From NCBI GenBank assembly GCA_964291265.2, contig OZ219747.1, positions 1,600,001 through 1,664,000 on the forward strand: a DNA stretch of 64,000 nt, in the 5' to 3' direction. The position numbers and the translations under genes are program-made. Every line of letters starts with the position of its first letter. Position 1 is the first letter of the stretch. The notes under the pieces are model-generated. The model saw only the letters and a program-made list of their open reading frames with translations. It was not told the DNA's origin and ran no database searches. The DNA comes from Alphaproteobacteria bacterium. GTDB taxonomy: Bacteria; Pseudomonadota; Alphaproteobacteria; SP197. Positions 1-9,330 of the stretch are shown piece by piece.

Positions 1-242
1 TCAGCGCCTGGCACAAACCCGGCGTCGCCTTCGATCCGAAATACCCCAACGGCCGCTCCCCTCATGACAGAGGGCCACTCATAGGCTCACGGGCCTAGCA
101 AGTCAAGACGCGCAGAATCAACAAACCGGCGGCACCAAAACGGCACCCAACGCAACCAACGTCAACACAGACTCAGACCTGACGAGGTACCTGGGCAGTT
201 ACCGAATATCACCAACAATCACCGCGCGACCGAACGCTTACC

Positions 243-373
243 CCGAAGCCATGTTGGCAGGAAAGGACGCCCGGGAGACCTCAAGCACGATGACCTGCAA
301 GCGTCCGGTCTTGCCCCGGTTTTCGATCGGCATTCTCCCAAGCGCTGTCATCCCCTCATGAGCGAACGCTTAC
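243..373. mobile_element. 131-bp repeat, copy 1, ending in an IS66-type terminus (...GAACGCTTAC = GTAAGCGTTC on the minus strand)
   Basis: Matches 1777-1907 with 6 mismatches in 131 bp. GTAAG is the typical IS66-family end. Another CGAACGCTTAC end lies at 231-241. Confidence 0.75.
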
Positions 374-672
374 CGCTGCCTGGGCCTGGCGGCCAGCACA
401 TCATCAAGACTTGGGGCGGCCAGCACCGCCTCCGCCCAGGCTTCCAGTTCGGCGGCCGACGCGCCGCGCACCCGCTCGCGGAACGCATCCGGCACATCAC
501 CGAAGCGCAAGGACAGTTGACGAAGAAGAAGTTCCGCGAGGGCCTCGCTCCGGCCTCGTTCAAGTCCCCTCTCGAGTCCCTCGGCTCTTCCTCTCTCGAT
601 TCCCTCGGCTCTTCCCCTCTCGATACCCTCGGCTCTTCCCTGTTCGACCCAGGTTTGTGCGATCGTGCCCAT
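370..672 (-). CDS. Putative nested RpnS-type antitoxin (100 aa, MGTIAQTWVEQGRAEG...)
   Basis: In-frame ATG at 672 with GGAGG 5 nt upstream (TGGGAGGTGTTGATG), at the typical position of Rpn internal starts. Confidence 0.6.
   Translation of the reverse strand: MGTIAQTWVEQGRAEGIERGRAEGIERGRAEGLERGLERGRSEALAELLLRQLSLRFGDVPDAFRERVRGASAAELEAWAEAVLAAPSLDDVLAARPRQR
568..640. repeat. 24-bp imperfect tandem repeat encoding GRAEGIER units
   Basis: CCCTCGGCTCTTCC... repeats about 3 times; protein GRAEGIERGRAEGIERGRAEGLER. Confidence 0.85.
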
Positions 673-1582
673 CAACACCTCCCAATGGTCCGGCTTCGTC
701 CGGCGCAAAGACGCCTCCAGCATGGCCGGCGTCAGGCCCTTGTGCTCGGTCATATAGCGCACAATATGGTGCTCGAAGTCGCTCCCTGCAAGCAGCCCGT
801 CCATGATCACGTCGAGAAGATCGGGCGGTACTTCCTCGGCAAAGGCAAACCTGAGCGCCAGAAGAGCGGACCGCACCTCGGGCGAGGTCGACGGCCGGTC
901 CGGCGCCATCTCCCCGAGGTCGTGCACCACATAGGCGAACTCCCTGACGAACGACTTCAGCTTCTCGGGCGCGTCGATCATCTCCAGCACCGAGCGCGCC
1001 GCCTTCCAGCGACCCCGGCCGTGATAGAAGACCAGGGGGATGATCGCCGGCAGCTTGATGTCGTTCCCGCCGCCCTCGCTCTTGCTCCGCTCGCTCTTGC
1101 TCCGCTCGATCTCGCGCCGCCAGATGTTGACCATGTATCCCAGGAGCTGGAGCGGCGTCGCGGCGTCGACGTAGCTCTTGTGTTCGAGCAGCACGTAGAG
1201 GCTTAGCATCTTTGCCGTCCTTCAATCTCACCCGGAACAGCGCATCGCACTGGGTGGTACGGGCGGCCTTGTCGACGAAACTCTCCCCAACCGCCTCGAA
1301 CGGCGCCTCGGGATCGAGGAGTTCAGCCACCTTCCGCGGCAGGTAGTCGGTGAGCAGAGAAGCGGCACGGGACGGTTCGGAGACCAGTGCCCGGAACAGC
1401 GTATCGTGTCGATTCACCGGAAGTCTCACCGAGCGAGACCCCGGCGTTTCAACGGGCATCGTGCTCACGGGTTGGAAGGGGGAAGGTGTTCGTCATGGCG
1501 GCACCCTACGCCGAACAGCACCAGGGCGGCAATCGCGGCGCCTGACCCGGGGTGAGGCCTGCCAGGCGTCAAGACCTCGATG

Positions 1583-1716
1583 GCGCTTGTTCCTCAGGTC
1601 GCCGCCATGCCCGTACTTCACTCGGGTGGCCTCAGCCCAAGCTATGGCCCCTCCCTATGCTGGGTTGTGGAACTGATAGAAGACCAGTGATCACCCGCGA
1701 TTTTGGCAACAAACTT
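1583..1716. mobile_element. Degenerate MITE-like element, homologous to 19252-19394
   Basis: Shares TTGTTCCT..GTCG, CTCAGCCCAAGC.ATGG and GTGATCACCCGCGA.TTT.G.AACAAA blocks with 19252-19394. Confidence 0.55.
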
Positions 1717-1776
1717 CAAGGTCACCAACCCGCCCTCGTCCCCGCCTTCGATACCTCAAGACCGCTTCGCTGCCTG

Positions 1777-1907
1777 CCGAAGCCATAGTGGCAGGAAAGG
1801 ACGCCCGGGAGACCTCATGCACGATGACCTGCAAGCGTGCGGTCTTGCCCCGGTTTTCGCTCGGCATTCTCCCAAGCGCTGTCATCCCCTGATGAGCGAA
1901 CGCTTAC
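1777..1907. mobile_element. 131-bp repeat, copy 2, with an IS66-type terminus
   Basis: Direct repeat of 243-373, ending ...GCGAACGCTTAC. Confidence 0.75.
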
Positions 1908-2309
1908 GACGGACCGAGCATCAGCCTGCGACTGACGAAGAACGAAGGGATGCCCGTGCAGCTCCTGAAGGAAGGTGAAGGAGCCGGTGCCGTGGTGGCG
2001 GTGCGCAGGGTGGACGAACTTGGGTACTACAGCCTCGGAGCGAAGCGACTCGCCAGTAAGTTGGGACTGACGCCGCCCAAGTGCCGTGCCGTGATCGACC
2101 ACCTGGGGCTGAGAGAAGACGTTGAATGCTTCAGGGAAATCAGAATTGGCAAGTCGACGTTCGGACGCTACGCGCCTGCCGCGATGCGGAGAATCAACGC
2201 TGCACTCGAAGTCGAATCGATCGAACAGATCTGGGCGCGAGACAGAGCGAAACGACGAGGTGCGAGATTAGCAGGCTCCGCGATCGTAGGGTGGCGCCGG
2301 GGGAGGTAG
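1908..2309 (+). pseudogene. 5'-truncated gene resembling the C-terminal half of DUF3644-domain proteins
   Basis: Frame reads GPSISLRLTKNEGMPVQL...VAVRRVDELGYYSLG...FREIRIGKSTFGRY from the repeat end. An in-frame stop lies upstream inside the repeat. Confidence 0.5.
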
Positions 2310-2435
2310 GGGAAAACCACTCTCAGGTGCGCACGAATCTATTCGCAGGCGAATACCGAATATGGTATCTGGCGCCCGCCCGGAAATAGACCGTTTCGGC
2401 TGACCTTTCGGCGAAGCTTCGGGTTTGATCGCCCC

Positions 2436-2461
2436 ACGGAGCCGCCTGAGCGCTCCGTTTT
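2436..2461 (+). terminator. Possible intrinsic terminator
   Basis: ACGGAGC-loop-GCTCCGT followed by a short T run. Confidence 0.3.
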
Positions 2462-2826
2462 CGAGGCTTGTTCCTGCCGATTCATGGCGGCATCAGGACT
2501 GTCCCAGGCAAGAATCCGGACATCGGGGCGAGCGTTTGCCAGGACTATTCGCTTGTCCGATTTCGTCCGACGAGGGGACGTTGCAGGCAGATCTGGAGGG
2601 CCATTCGGGACCGGATTTCATTGTCGATATGCCGGTTCCGACATCGAGAAGGTGCCACCAAGAACGGCCACCGACGCGATTGTCCGCCGCCGATCGCGAC
2701 AACAGAATGGTCCTTGCCCCAGGTCCACTTTGCTTCGTCCCGGTTGTTGCTGGGTGTCCATCGTGATGGATCCATCTCGGGACCGCATGGCGTCAGGCGT
2801 GCGCTGAGCCTTGATTGGCCGGGGGA

Positions 2827-3723
2827 TCAGTCGATCCAGTAGGGGTTGGACCAGCCCTGCTTGCCGGCGGTGTCGGTGACGGTGACGCGGAACCAGCTGT
2901 TGCGGAAGCGCCGGGTGTCGAATCGGGCGTGCGTGAGCCCGTCGCCGTCGACATAGGCGGCACGCGACCCCTTGCCCTGGACGGAGATGCGCCGCGCCGG
3001 CGTGCAGCGGACGTCGATGTGGCCGTTGTCGACGGTGATGTCGTGGAAGTCCGGCCCCTGGCTCGAGTAGTAGCGTCCCGACTTGAGGCCGGCGAGCAGG
3101 GCATCGGGCTCGTTGTCCTCGGCCTGGACCATGACCCAGCCGCCGAGCCAGTCGTCGACCAGCTTGTGGGCGTCATCGACGGCATAGCCCGAAAGACGCC
3201 AGCCCTCGTTGAGCAGGACATCGAGGAAGGCCCAGCTGTATCCCCGGTCGACCTCGATCTCGGATCCGTGGTTGTAGACCTCGACCGCATGGGCAAAGGG
3301 AAGCCTGTGGGCGTCTACTTGGGTCAGTCCGTACCATGTCGGATGCACCATGCCGATGAAGGCGCCCGCCTCCCAGGCCCGGCGGGCGACCTCGGGTCCC
3401 GTCTCGTCCTTGCGCAGCGCCTCGAAATCGAGGGGAAGGCCGACGGCCTTGATGTGCCAGATCTCCCCGGCCTCGGTCTCGGGGGCATGCAGTTCGGCGC
3501 CGATGATGGTCGTGAAATCGTCGGTCCGGAAGGGCCGCGTGTCCGTGACGCTGAACCCGTAGACCTCCATGAAATGATCGGTCAGGACGAGGAAGTCGTA
3601 TCCCTCTTCACGATAGGCCCGACAGACGTCACGAGCCGCATGGCGGCCGTCCGACGAGGTGCTGTGGGTGTGGATGTTGCCCTTGTAGAATCGTCCCGGC
3701 CTGCCGAAATCCAGGTTCTCCAT
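2827..3723 (-). CDS. PHP-domain metallohydrolase (CehA/McbA-like)
   Basis: KGNIHTHSTSSDG, LTDHF, HP, DDAH motifs and a WSNP C-terminus; GGAGG before the ATG. Confidence 0.85.
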   Translation of the reverse strand: MENLDFGRPGRFYKGNIHTHSTSSDGRHAARDVCRAYREEGYDFLVLTDHFMEVYGFSVTDTRPFRTDDFTTIIGAELHAPETEAGEIWHIKAVGLPLDFEALRKDETGPEVARRAWEAGAFIGMVHPTWYGLTQVDAHRLPFAHAVEVYNHGSEIEVDRGYSWAFLDVLLNEGWRLSGYAVDDAHKLVDDWLGGWVMVQAEDNEPDALLAGLKSGRYYSSQGPDFHDITVDNGHIDVRCTPARRISVQGKGSRAAYVDGDGLTHARFDTRRFRNSWFRVTVTDTAGKQGWSNPYWID

Positions 3724-3819
3724 GATGCCGCCCTCCAGTGGGGTCCGCGAATCGACAGTGTCATCATGTTGACGCATCATGACAACAGCGTTAACGGGGA
3801 CTTGTGTGAGGGACGGGAC

Positions 3820-4659
3820 ATGACGGCAGACGGGTCCGCAGGCGGCATGAGCCAATGGAAGTCGGAAACCGGCGAGTACACCTATCCCTATGACACGCGG
3901 ATGGACCGCAAGACCTACGAGAGACGCAAGGCGGAACTTCAGGTCGAGCTTCTCAAGGTCCAGAGGTGGGTCAAGGAATCGGGTCAGAAGATCGTCGTTC
4001 TCTTCGAGGGCCGCGATGCTGCCGGCAAGGGCGGCACCATCAAGAGATTCATGGAGCACCTCAATCCCCGGGGGGCCCGCGTCGTCGCACTCGACAAGCC
4101 GACGGAACGCGAACGCGGCCAGTGGTACTTCCAGCGCTACGTCGCCCATCTGCCGACGGCCGGCGAAATCGTCTTGTTCGACAGGTCCTGGTACAACCGT
4201 GCCGGGGTCGAGCGGGTCATGGGATTCTGCACCGACCGCGAGTATCTCGAGTTCACGCGCCAGTGCCCGGAGGTCGAGCGCATGCTGGTCAACAGCGGAA
4301 TCAGGCTCTTCAAGTACTGGTTTTCGGTGACCAGGGACGAACAGTCCCGGCGTTTCAATGCCCGACTGAACGACCCGCTGAAGCAGTGGAAGCTCTCGCC
4401 GGTCGACCGAGAATCACGAGCCAAGTGGGAGGCCTACACCCAAGCCAAGGAGGCGATGTTCTTCTACACAGACACGGCTTCCGTGCCCTGGGTCATCATC
4501 AAGTCCAACGACAAGAAGCGGGCCCGTGTCGCCTGCATGCAGCACTTCCTCTCCAGCCTCCCCTATCCGGACAAGAATGAAGACGCCGTGACCGGACCTG
4601 ACCCGCTGCTCGTCACGACGCCGGATCTCTCGACCCTGCCGGGCGCCGTTCCGCATTAG
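3820..4659 (+). CDS. ppk2: Polyphosphate kinase 2
   Basis: FEGRDAAGKGG, FDRSWYNRAGVERVMGF, WKLSPVD. Confidence 0.95.
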   Translation: MTADGSAGGMSQWKSETGEYTYPYDTRMDRKTYERRKAELQVELLKVQRWVKESGQKIVVLFEGRDAAGKGGTIKRFMEHLNPRGARVVALDKPTERERGQWYFQRYVAHLPTAGEIVLFDRSWYNRAGVERVMGFCTDREYLEFTRQCPEVERMLVNSGIRLFKYWFSVTRDEQSRRFNARLNDPLKQWKLSPVDRESRAKWEAYTQAKEAMFFYTDTASVPWVIIKSNDKKRARVACMQHFLSSLPYPDKNEDAVTGPDPLLVTTPDLSTLPGAVPH

Positions 4660-6059
4660 TCGAGCTGTGCGACATGGAGCGTGTTGGTCGCGCCGGGGGT
4701 GCCGAAAGGAACCCCTGCCATGATGACGACGCTCTCTCCGCTTCGCGCGAATCCTTCCCGTGCGGCGAGTACGCAAGCCCGTTCCACCATCCCTGAGAAC
4801 GACCGCGCATCGTCCGTGTGCACCGAGTGCACCCCCCAGGCGAGAGCCAGGCGACGGGCGGCCGTGATGCTCGGCGTCAGGCCCAGGATGGGCACCTCGG
4901 GTCTGACTCGCGATGCCCGCAAGGTCGTCTTCCCCGACACCGAGTAGGTGACGATGGCACTGGCGCCCAGTGTTCCGGCAACCTGGCGTGCCGCCGCCGA
5001 GATGGCGTCGGCTCCGGTGGCTTCCGGCGCCCCGGCCTGGGGGTCGTAGAACGGATCCTGTTCAACCGTCGACATGATGCGGTCCATCATGGAAGCAGCG
5101 TCCACGGGAAAGGCGCCCACGGAGGTTTCTCCGGACAGCATCAGGGCATCCGCGCCGTCATAGACGGCGGTCGCCACATCGTTCACCTCGGCGCGGGAGG
5201 GCGACGGCGCGAACACCATGGAATCCAGCATCTGCGTGGCAACGATCACGGGCTTGCCCGCTTCCCGGCACATGCGGATGACCCGCTTCTGGACGCCGGG
5301 GACCTCTTCGGGCCTGAGTTCCACGCCAAGGTCGCCGCGCGCCACCATGATGCCGTCGGCGAGATCGACAATGCCTGCGAGGCTGTCGATGGCGGCCGGT
5401 TTCTCCAGCTTGGCGATGATGTTGACGCCGTTACCGGCAAGCTCTCTCGCCTCGGTGATGTCGTCGGGGCGCTGCACGAACGAAAGCGCAATCCACTCGA
5501 CGCCGAGTTCACGGGCAAAGGCAAGATCCTCCCTGTCCTTGGGCGTCAGGGCGGCGATGGGGAGCCGCACCCCGGGAAGATTGAGGCCCTTGTGATCGGA
5601 GAGGCCTTCCCCGGCTTCGACGACGGTGGCGACGTGGTCCTCGCCGCTCGCGACAACCCTGAGCACCACCTTGCCGTCATCGAGCAGGATGGTGTCGCCC
5701 TCGCCGATGGCGGCGAAGACTTCCCCATGGGGAGTTCCCACACGCGTTTCGTCGCCGGGCCTGGGATCGAGATCGATGCGGAACTCCTGGCCCCGTTCAA
5801 GGGCGACGCCCGCATCACGGAACACTCCGATGCGCAGCTTTGGCCCCTGGAGGTCGGCGATCATGCCGACGGGCCGGGCAGACGTTGCCTCGAGTTCCCT
5901 CAAGGTCGTCCACCACTGCCGCCACTGATCGCGGTCGCCGTGGCTCATGTTGAATCGGAAGACGTCTGTTCCGGCTTCGAAGAGAGCCGCGATGATGTCA
6001 CGGGACGAGGTGGCCGGTCCCAGTGTCGCCACGATCTTGGTCTGCCGGTTTCGGTGCAT
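4656..6059 (-). CDS. pyk: Pyruvate kinase
   Basis: TKIVATLGP, RFNMSHG, DLQGPKLR, MVARGDLGVE, ATQMLDSM, MLSGET. Confidence 0.97.
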   Translation of the reverse strand: MHRNRQTKIVATLGPATSSRDIIAALFEAGTDVFRFNMSHGDRDQWRQWWTTLRELEATSARPVGMIADLQGPKLRIGVFRDAGVALERGQEFRIDLDPRPGDETRVGTPHGEVFAAIGEGDTILLDDGKVVLRVVASGEDHVATVVEAGEGLSDHKGLNLPGVRLPIAALTPKDREDLAFARELGVEWIALSFVQRPDDITEARELAGNGVNIIAKLEKPAAIDSLAGIVDLADGIMVARGDLGVELRPEEVPGVQKRVIRMCREAGKPVIVATQMLDSMVFAPSPSRAEVNDVATAVYDGADALMLSGETSVGAFPVDAASMMDRIMSTVEQDPFYDPQAGAPEATGADAISAAARQVAGTLGASAIVTYSVSGKTTLRASRVRPEVPILGLTPSITAARRLALAWGVHSVHTDDARSFSGMVERACVLAAREGFARSGESVVIMAGVPFGTPGATNTLHVAQLD

Positions 6060-6075
6060 GACGCCTCCCTGGAGG

Positions 6076-7332
6076 TCACGAGATGAGAATGGCGCGGAAA
6101 TCATTGACATTCGTACATGTCGGTCCGGTGACGATGTGGTCGTCAAGCTGTCGGAAGAGGTGACCGCTGTCCTGTACGGCCAGCACCTCTGCTGGTTGCA
6201 TGCCGCAGCGGCGGGCGCGGTCCAGGGTTCCAGGATCGATCACGGCACCGGCGGCCGGGGTACTGCCGTCGATGCCGTCGGTGTCGCAGGCCAGCGCATG
6301 GATGCCGTCCTCGCCGTCGAGGGTGACGGCAAGGGCCAGGAGGTACTCCTGATTGCGGCCGCCCGTTCCGCTACCGGTGCGGGTCACGGTGGTCTCGCCG
6401 CCCGAGAGGATCACGTGTGGCCGCGGGAGTCGACTTGCGGCGATGTCCCGCGCCAGGCTGGCGTGGCGGCGGCCAAGGGTGCCGGCCTCGCCCTCGAGAT
6501 CGTCGCCGAGAACGGTGACACCGACCCCGCAGCTGACCGCGTGTCCGGCTGCCGCCTCGAGGGCGTCCCGGGCCCTGGCGAGTATGATGAAGGACGAACG
6601 GTCGAGAGCATTGTCGCCGGGCTTGGGCGTCTCGCTTGCCGGGCTTTCCAGCCAGGCCCTGACCGGACGCGGCACATCAAGGCGGTAGCGCTCGAGAATC
6701 GCCAGGGCATCGTGCCTGGTCCCGGGGTCACCCACCGTGGGCCCCGAAGCGATCACCGCGGGATCGTCGCCCGGAACGTCGGAGATGGCGAGGGTGACGG
6801 TCTCGGCCGGCCAGGCGGCGGCGGCAAGCCTGCCCCCCTTGATGGTCGAGAGATGCTTGCGCACGCAGTTCATCTCGTCGATGGCCGCACCGGACCGCAG
6901 CAACCCTTCGGTCACGGTTCGCTTGACGGCAAGCGTCAGGCCCGGCGCCGGCGCGACGAGCAGGGACGATCCGCCGCCGGAGATGAGGGCCAGCACGCGG
7001 TCATCCGCATCAAGTCGGCGAACGAGGCCGAGAATGCGCCGGGCCGCGTCGAGGCCGGCCTCGTCCGGCACCGGATGGGAAGCCTCGACCGTCTCGATGC
7101 GCCGGGTGTCCATGCCGTGGCCATAGGGCGTGACGACGAGTCCCTCGAGGGGATCGCTCCAGGTCGATTCCACGACGCGGGCCATGGCCGAGGCCGCCTT
7201 GCCCGCGCCCACGACGATCGTCCGCCCGGTGGCCGGCGCCGGCAGGACGCCCTCCAGGCGCCGGTCGGCCCGTGCCGCCCCCACGGCCGCATCGAAGAGC
7301 GACATCAGGAATGATCTCGGATCATCAATCAT
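6076..7332 (-). CDS. Glycerate 2-kinase/hydroxypyruvate reductase (MOFRL family)
   Basis: GAGKA, ISGGGSSL, SDVPGDD, GGETTV, GGRNQE, DTDGIDG, TNVND. Confidence 0.93.
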   Translation of the reverse strand: MIDDPRSFLMSLFDAAVGAARADRRLEGVLPAPATGRTIVVGAGKAASAMARVVESTWSDPLEGLVVTPYGHGMDTRRIETVEASHPVPDEAGLDAARRILGLVRRLDADDRVLALISGGGSSLLVAPAPGLTLAVKRTVTEGLLRSGAAIDEMNCVRKHLSTIKGGRLAAAAWPAETVTLAISDVPGDDPAVIASGPTVGDPGTRHDALAILERYRLDVPRPVRAWLESPASETPKPGDNALDRSSFIILARARDALEAAAGHAVSCGVGVTVLGDDLEGEAGTLGRRHASLARDIAASRLPRPHVILSGGETTVTRTGSGTGGRNQEYLLALAVTLDGEDGIHALACDTDGIDGSTPAAGAVIDPGTLDRARRCGMQPAEVLAVQDSGHLFRQLDDHIVTGPTCTNVNDFRAILIS

Positions 7333-7386
7333 GACAGGGCTTGTTGCACGGGGCCGGCCGGTGAGGCAACCGACAGTGACCTTGTG

Positions 7387-8055
7387 TCAGGGCGACGTGC
7401 GCCGGACGATGCGAACATCGCTCGTGATGTCGCCACGTTCCGGCTGGCGGCTCCGGCATGCGGCCTCGCCGCCAGGCTCCAGGCTGCACGTGATGATGCG
7501 CTGGAAGATGTAGGAGCCGTTGGAGCAGTGGACATCTCCGTGATCTTCGATGCGCAGGCGGCCGTCTTCGAGAAATCTCGCGGTGACCGGTTCGGAACAT
7601 GTGGCACCGTCCGACATCACGATTTCCTGATCACCGCGTCCATGGCTGTCAAAGCACATCTCCCATGCCACGGCATCACTCACCTCACCCGTGTCGATGT
7701 CCTCGAAACTCAGATCGGACGCCAGGGACCAGCATCCATCGAGGAGAGTGATGTCGCTTTCCTGCCATCTCTCGGCATCCAGCCTGTCGGGATCGGGGAG
7801 TGGTTCCCGTGGCGGGCAGTCGGGAAGCATGGCGAGCTGTCGCTGCAACCCGTTGAGCCGGTCCGTGAGAAGGGCCTGGCGCTCGATCTCCGTGTCCAGG
7901 CCCGCCGACCTCGCGGATGCGGAAGGGCAATGGTCCAGCCGGCCCAGCGGGCCGAGGTCGACACCGCAGGCGGGGACGATGAGCAGGGCCGCGCATGCCG
8001 CCACTCCGGCAAGGAGGGCAGTGCCGAGAAGGGCCAGAATGGTCTCGACCCTCAT
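7387..8055 (-). CDS. Membrane-anchored Cys-rich exported protein, SrfA C-terminus-like
   Basis: N-terminal hydrophobic segment, short coiled coil, then LDGCW...DGATC..PVTA...CSNGSY...ITC. Confidence 0.55.
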   Translation of the reverse strand: MRVETILALLGTALLAGVAACAALLIVPACGVDLGPLGRLDHCPSASARSAGLDTEIERQALLTDRLNGLQRQLAMLPDCPPREPLPDPDRLDAERWQESDITLLDGCWSLASDLSFEDIDTGEVSDAVAWEMCFDSHGRGDQEIVMSDGATCSEPVTARFLEDGRLRIEDHGDVHCSNGSYIFQRIITCSLEPGGEAACRSRQPERGDITSDVRIVRRTSP

Positions 8056-8156
8056 GGGCTCCGGTTTCGGAAACGGCCTGCCATGCCGGTCACCATAGCA
8101 TGGTCCGGGTGTGCCGGACCCTTGATCGCGTTCACTGCCTGATATAGGTCACACCC

Positions 8157-8993
8157 ATGTCAGCGGAACACTCCCGACATCGCCCGCCTGCATTCGAAGG
8201 TCACGGATTTCTGGGCCTCGACGATCCGCCTGCCGTCGAGATCGTGAACGCCCGAGGTGCGGCGTCGGCGGTCCTGCTGTGCGATCATGCAAGCAACCTG
8301 GTACCGGCCGCCCTTGATTTCCTGGGTCTGCCGGGCGGTGAGCTTGAGCGCCACATCGCCTGGGACATAGGGGCTGCAGCGGTCACGCGACACCTTGCCC
8401 GCCTGCTTGATGCGCCGGCCGTGCTGTCGGGGTTCTCGCGTCTCGTGATCGACTGCAACCGGTACCTGTGGGACGTGCAGTCGATACCCGAAACAAGTGA
8501 CGGGACCGGTGTTCCTGGCAACAGGAACGCGAGTCCGCGGGATGTGGAGGATCGCATCCGGCACTGTTTTGCGCCTTACCACGAGGCCGCCTCGCGCATG
8601 ATCAGCGGCATCGAGGGACGCTGGAGACCGCCCGCCGTCATCTTCATGCACAGCTTCACACCCTCCCTCAACGGCGACATGCGGCCATGGCACATCGGAG
8701 TCCTGTGGGAGCGGGACGGTCGCATGGCGCTGCCGGCGCTGGACGCCCTGCGACAGCGCGGCGACCTTGTCGTCGGGGACAATGAACCCTATTCGGCCCT
8801 CGAACCGCGCGGCTACAGCATGCCCCATCATGCAACCCGAGACGGGCGGCCTGCCATCCAGTTCGAGATCCGCCAGGATCTTGTCGCCGATGAAGGCGGC
8901 GCCGAAGCGTGGGCCGGCATCGTCGCCGATGTGCTGAAGCCGCTGCTTGCCGACGACACGCTCTATCAACGGTTGCCCCGGCATGGAGAATGA
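8157..8993 (+). CDS. N-formylglutamate amidohydrolase family
   Basis: CDHASN, HIAWDIGA, SRLVIDCNR, HSFTP, DNEPY, EIRQD. Confidence 0.93.
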   Translation: MSAEHSRHRPPAFEGHGFLGLDDPPAVEIVNARGAASAVLLCDHASNLVPAALDFLGLPGGELERHIAWDIGAAAVTRHLARLLDAPAVLSGFSRLVIDCNRYLWDVQSIPETSDGTGVPGNRNASPRDVEDRIRHCFAPYHEAASRMISGIEGRWRPPAVIFMHSFTPSLNGDMRPWHIGVLWERDGRMALPALDALRQRGDLVVGDNEPYSALEPRGYSMPHHATRDGRPAIQFEIRQDLVADEGGAEAWAGIVADVLKPLLADDTLYQRLPRHGE

Positions 8994-8996
8994 CGC

Positions 8997-9326
8997 ATGG
9001 ACGAGACCACACGTACCGAAATCGAGGCTGCCGTCTTCCGGCGGTTGCGCGATCACTTCCAGCGCAAGCCCGGAATCCAGAACATCGATCTCATGAACCT
9101 GGCGGATTTCTGCCGCAACTGCCTTTCGAAGTGGTATCGGGCCGAGGCCGGGGATCGCGGCATCGCGATGTCCTACGAAGAGGCGCGCGAGATCGTCTAC
9201 GGCATGCCCTACGGCGACTACAAGGAGCGCTACCAGGAAAAGGCATCGCCGGAGAAGATGGCCGAGTTCGAAGCCGGTGAAGAACGCCGCGCCGCCGAGG
9301 CCGCGGCGCGCGACGAGACCCTGTGA
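8997..9326 (+). CDS. DUF1244 protein
   Basis: EIEAAVFRRL, QNIDLMNLADFCRNCLSKWY, VYGMPY. Confidence 0.9.
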   Translation: MDETTRTEIEAAVFRRLRDHFQRKPGIQNIDLMNLADFCRNCLSKWYRAEAGDRGIAMSYEEAREIVYGMPYGDYKERYQEKASPEKMAEFEAGEERRAAEAAARDETL

Positions 9327-9330
9327 CGCC

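Larger units (their letters stand above)
370..1468 (-). pseudogene. Rpn-family (YhgA/Transposase_31, PD-(D/E)XK) recombination-promoting nuclease, frameshifted near 1203
   Basis: N-terminal HDTLFRAL...ESFVD...CDALFRV is in one frame (560..1468 ORF). LYVLLEHKS...LQLLGYM...PLVFYHG, the GRAEG repeats and a DUF4351-like tail are in another (370..1209 ORF). Confidence 0.85.

Noticed and set aside
1-230. Possible transposase C-terminus at the window edge
   Set aside because: Too short to assign; only the IS66-type end at 231-241 is supportable.
568-640. 24-bp repeats as a possible CRISPR array
   Set aside because: There are no spacers, the repeats are in-frame coding units, and no cas genes are present.
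2400-2810. Short ORFs and a GGCTTGTTCCT motif resembling the MITE end
   Set aside because: No partner TIR and no convincing protein motif.
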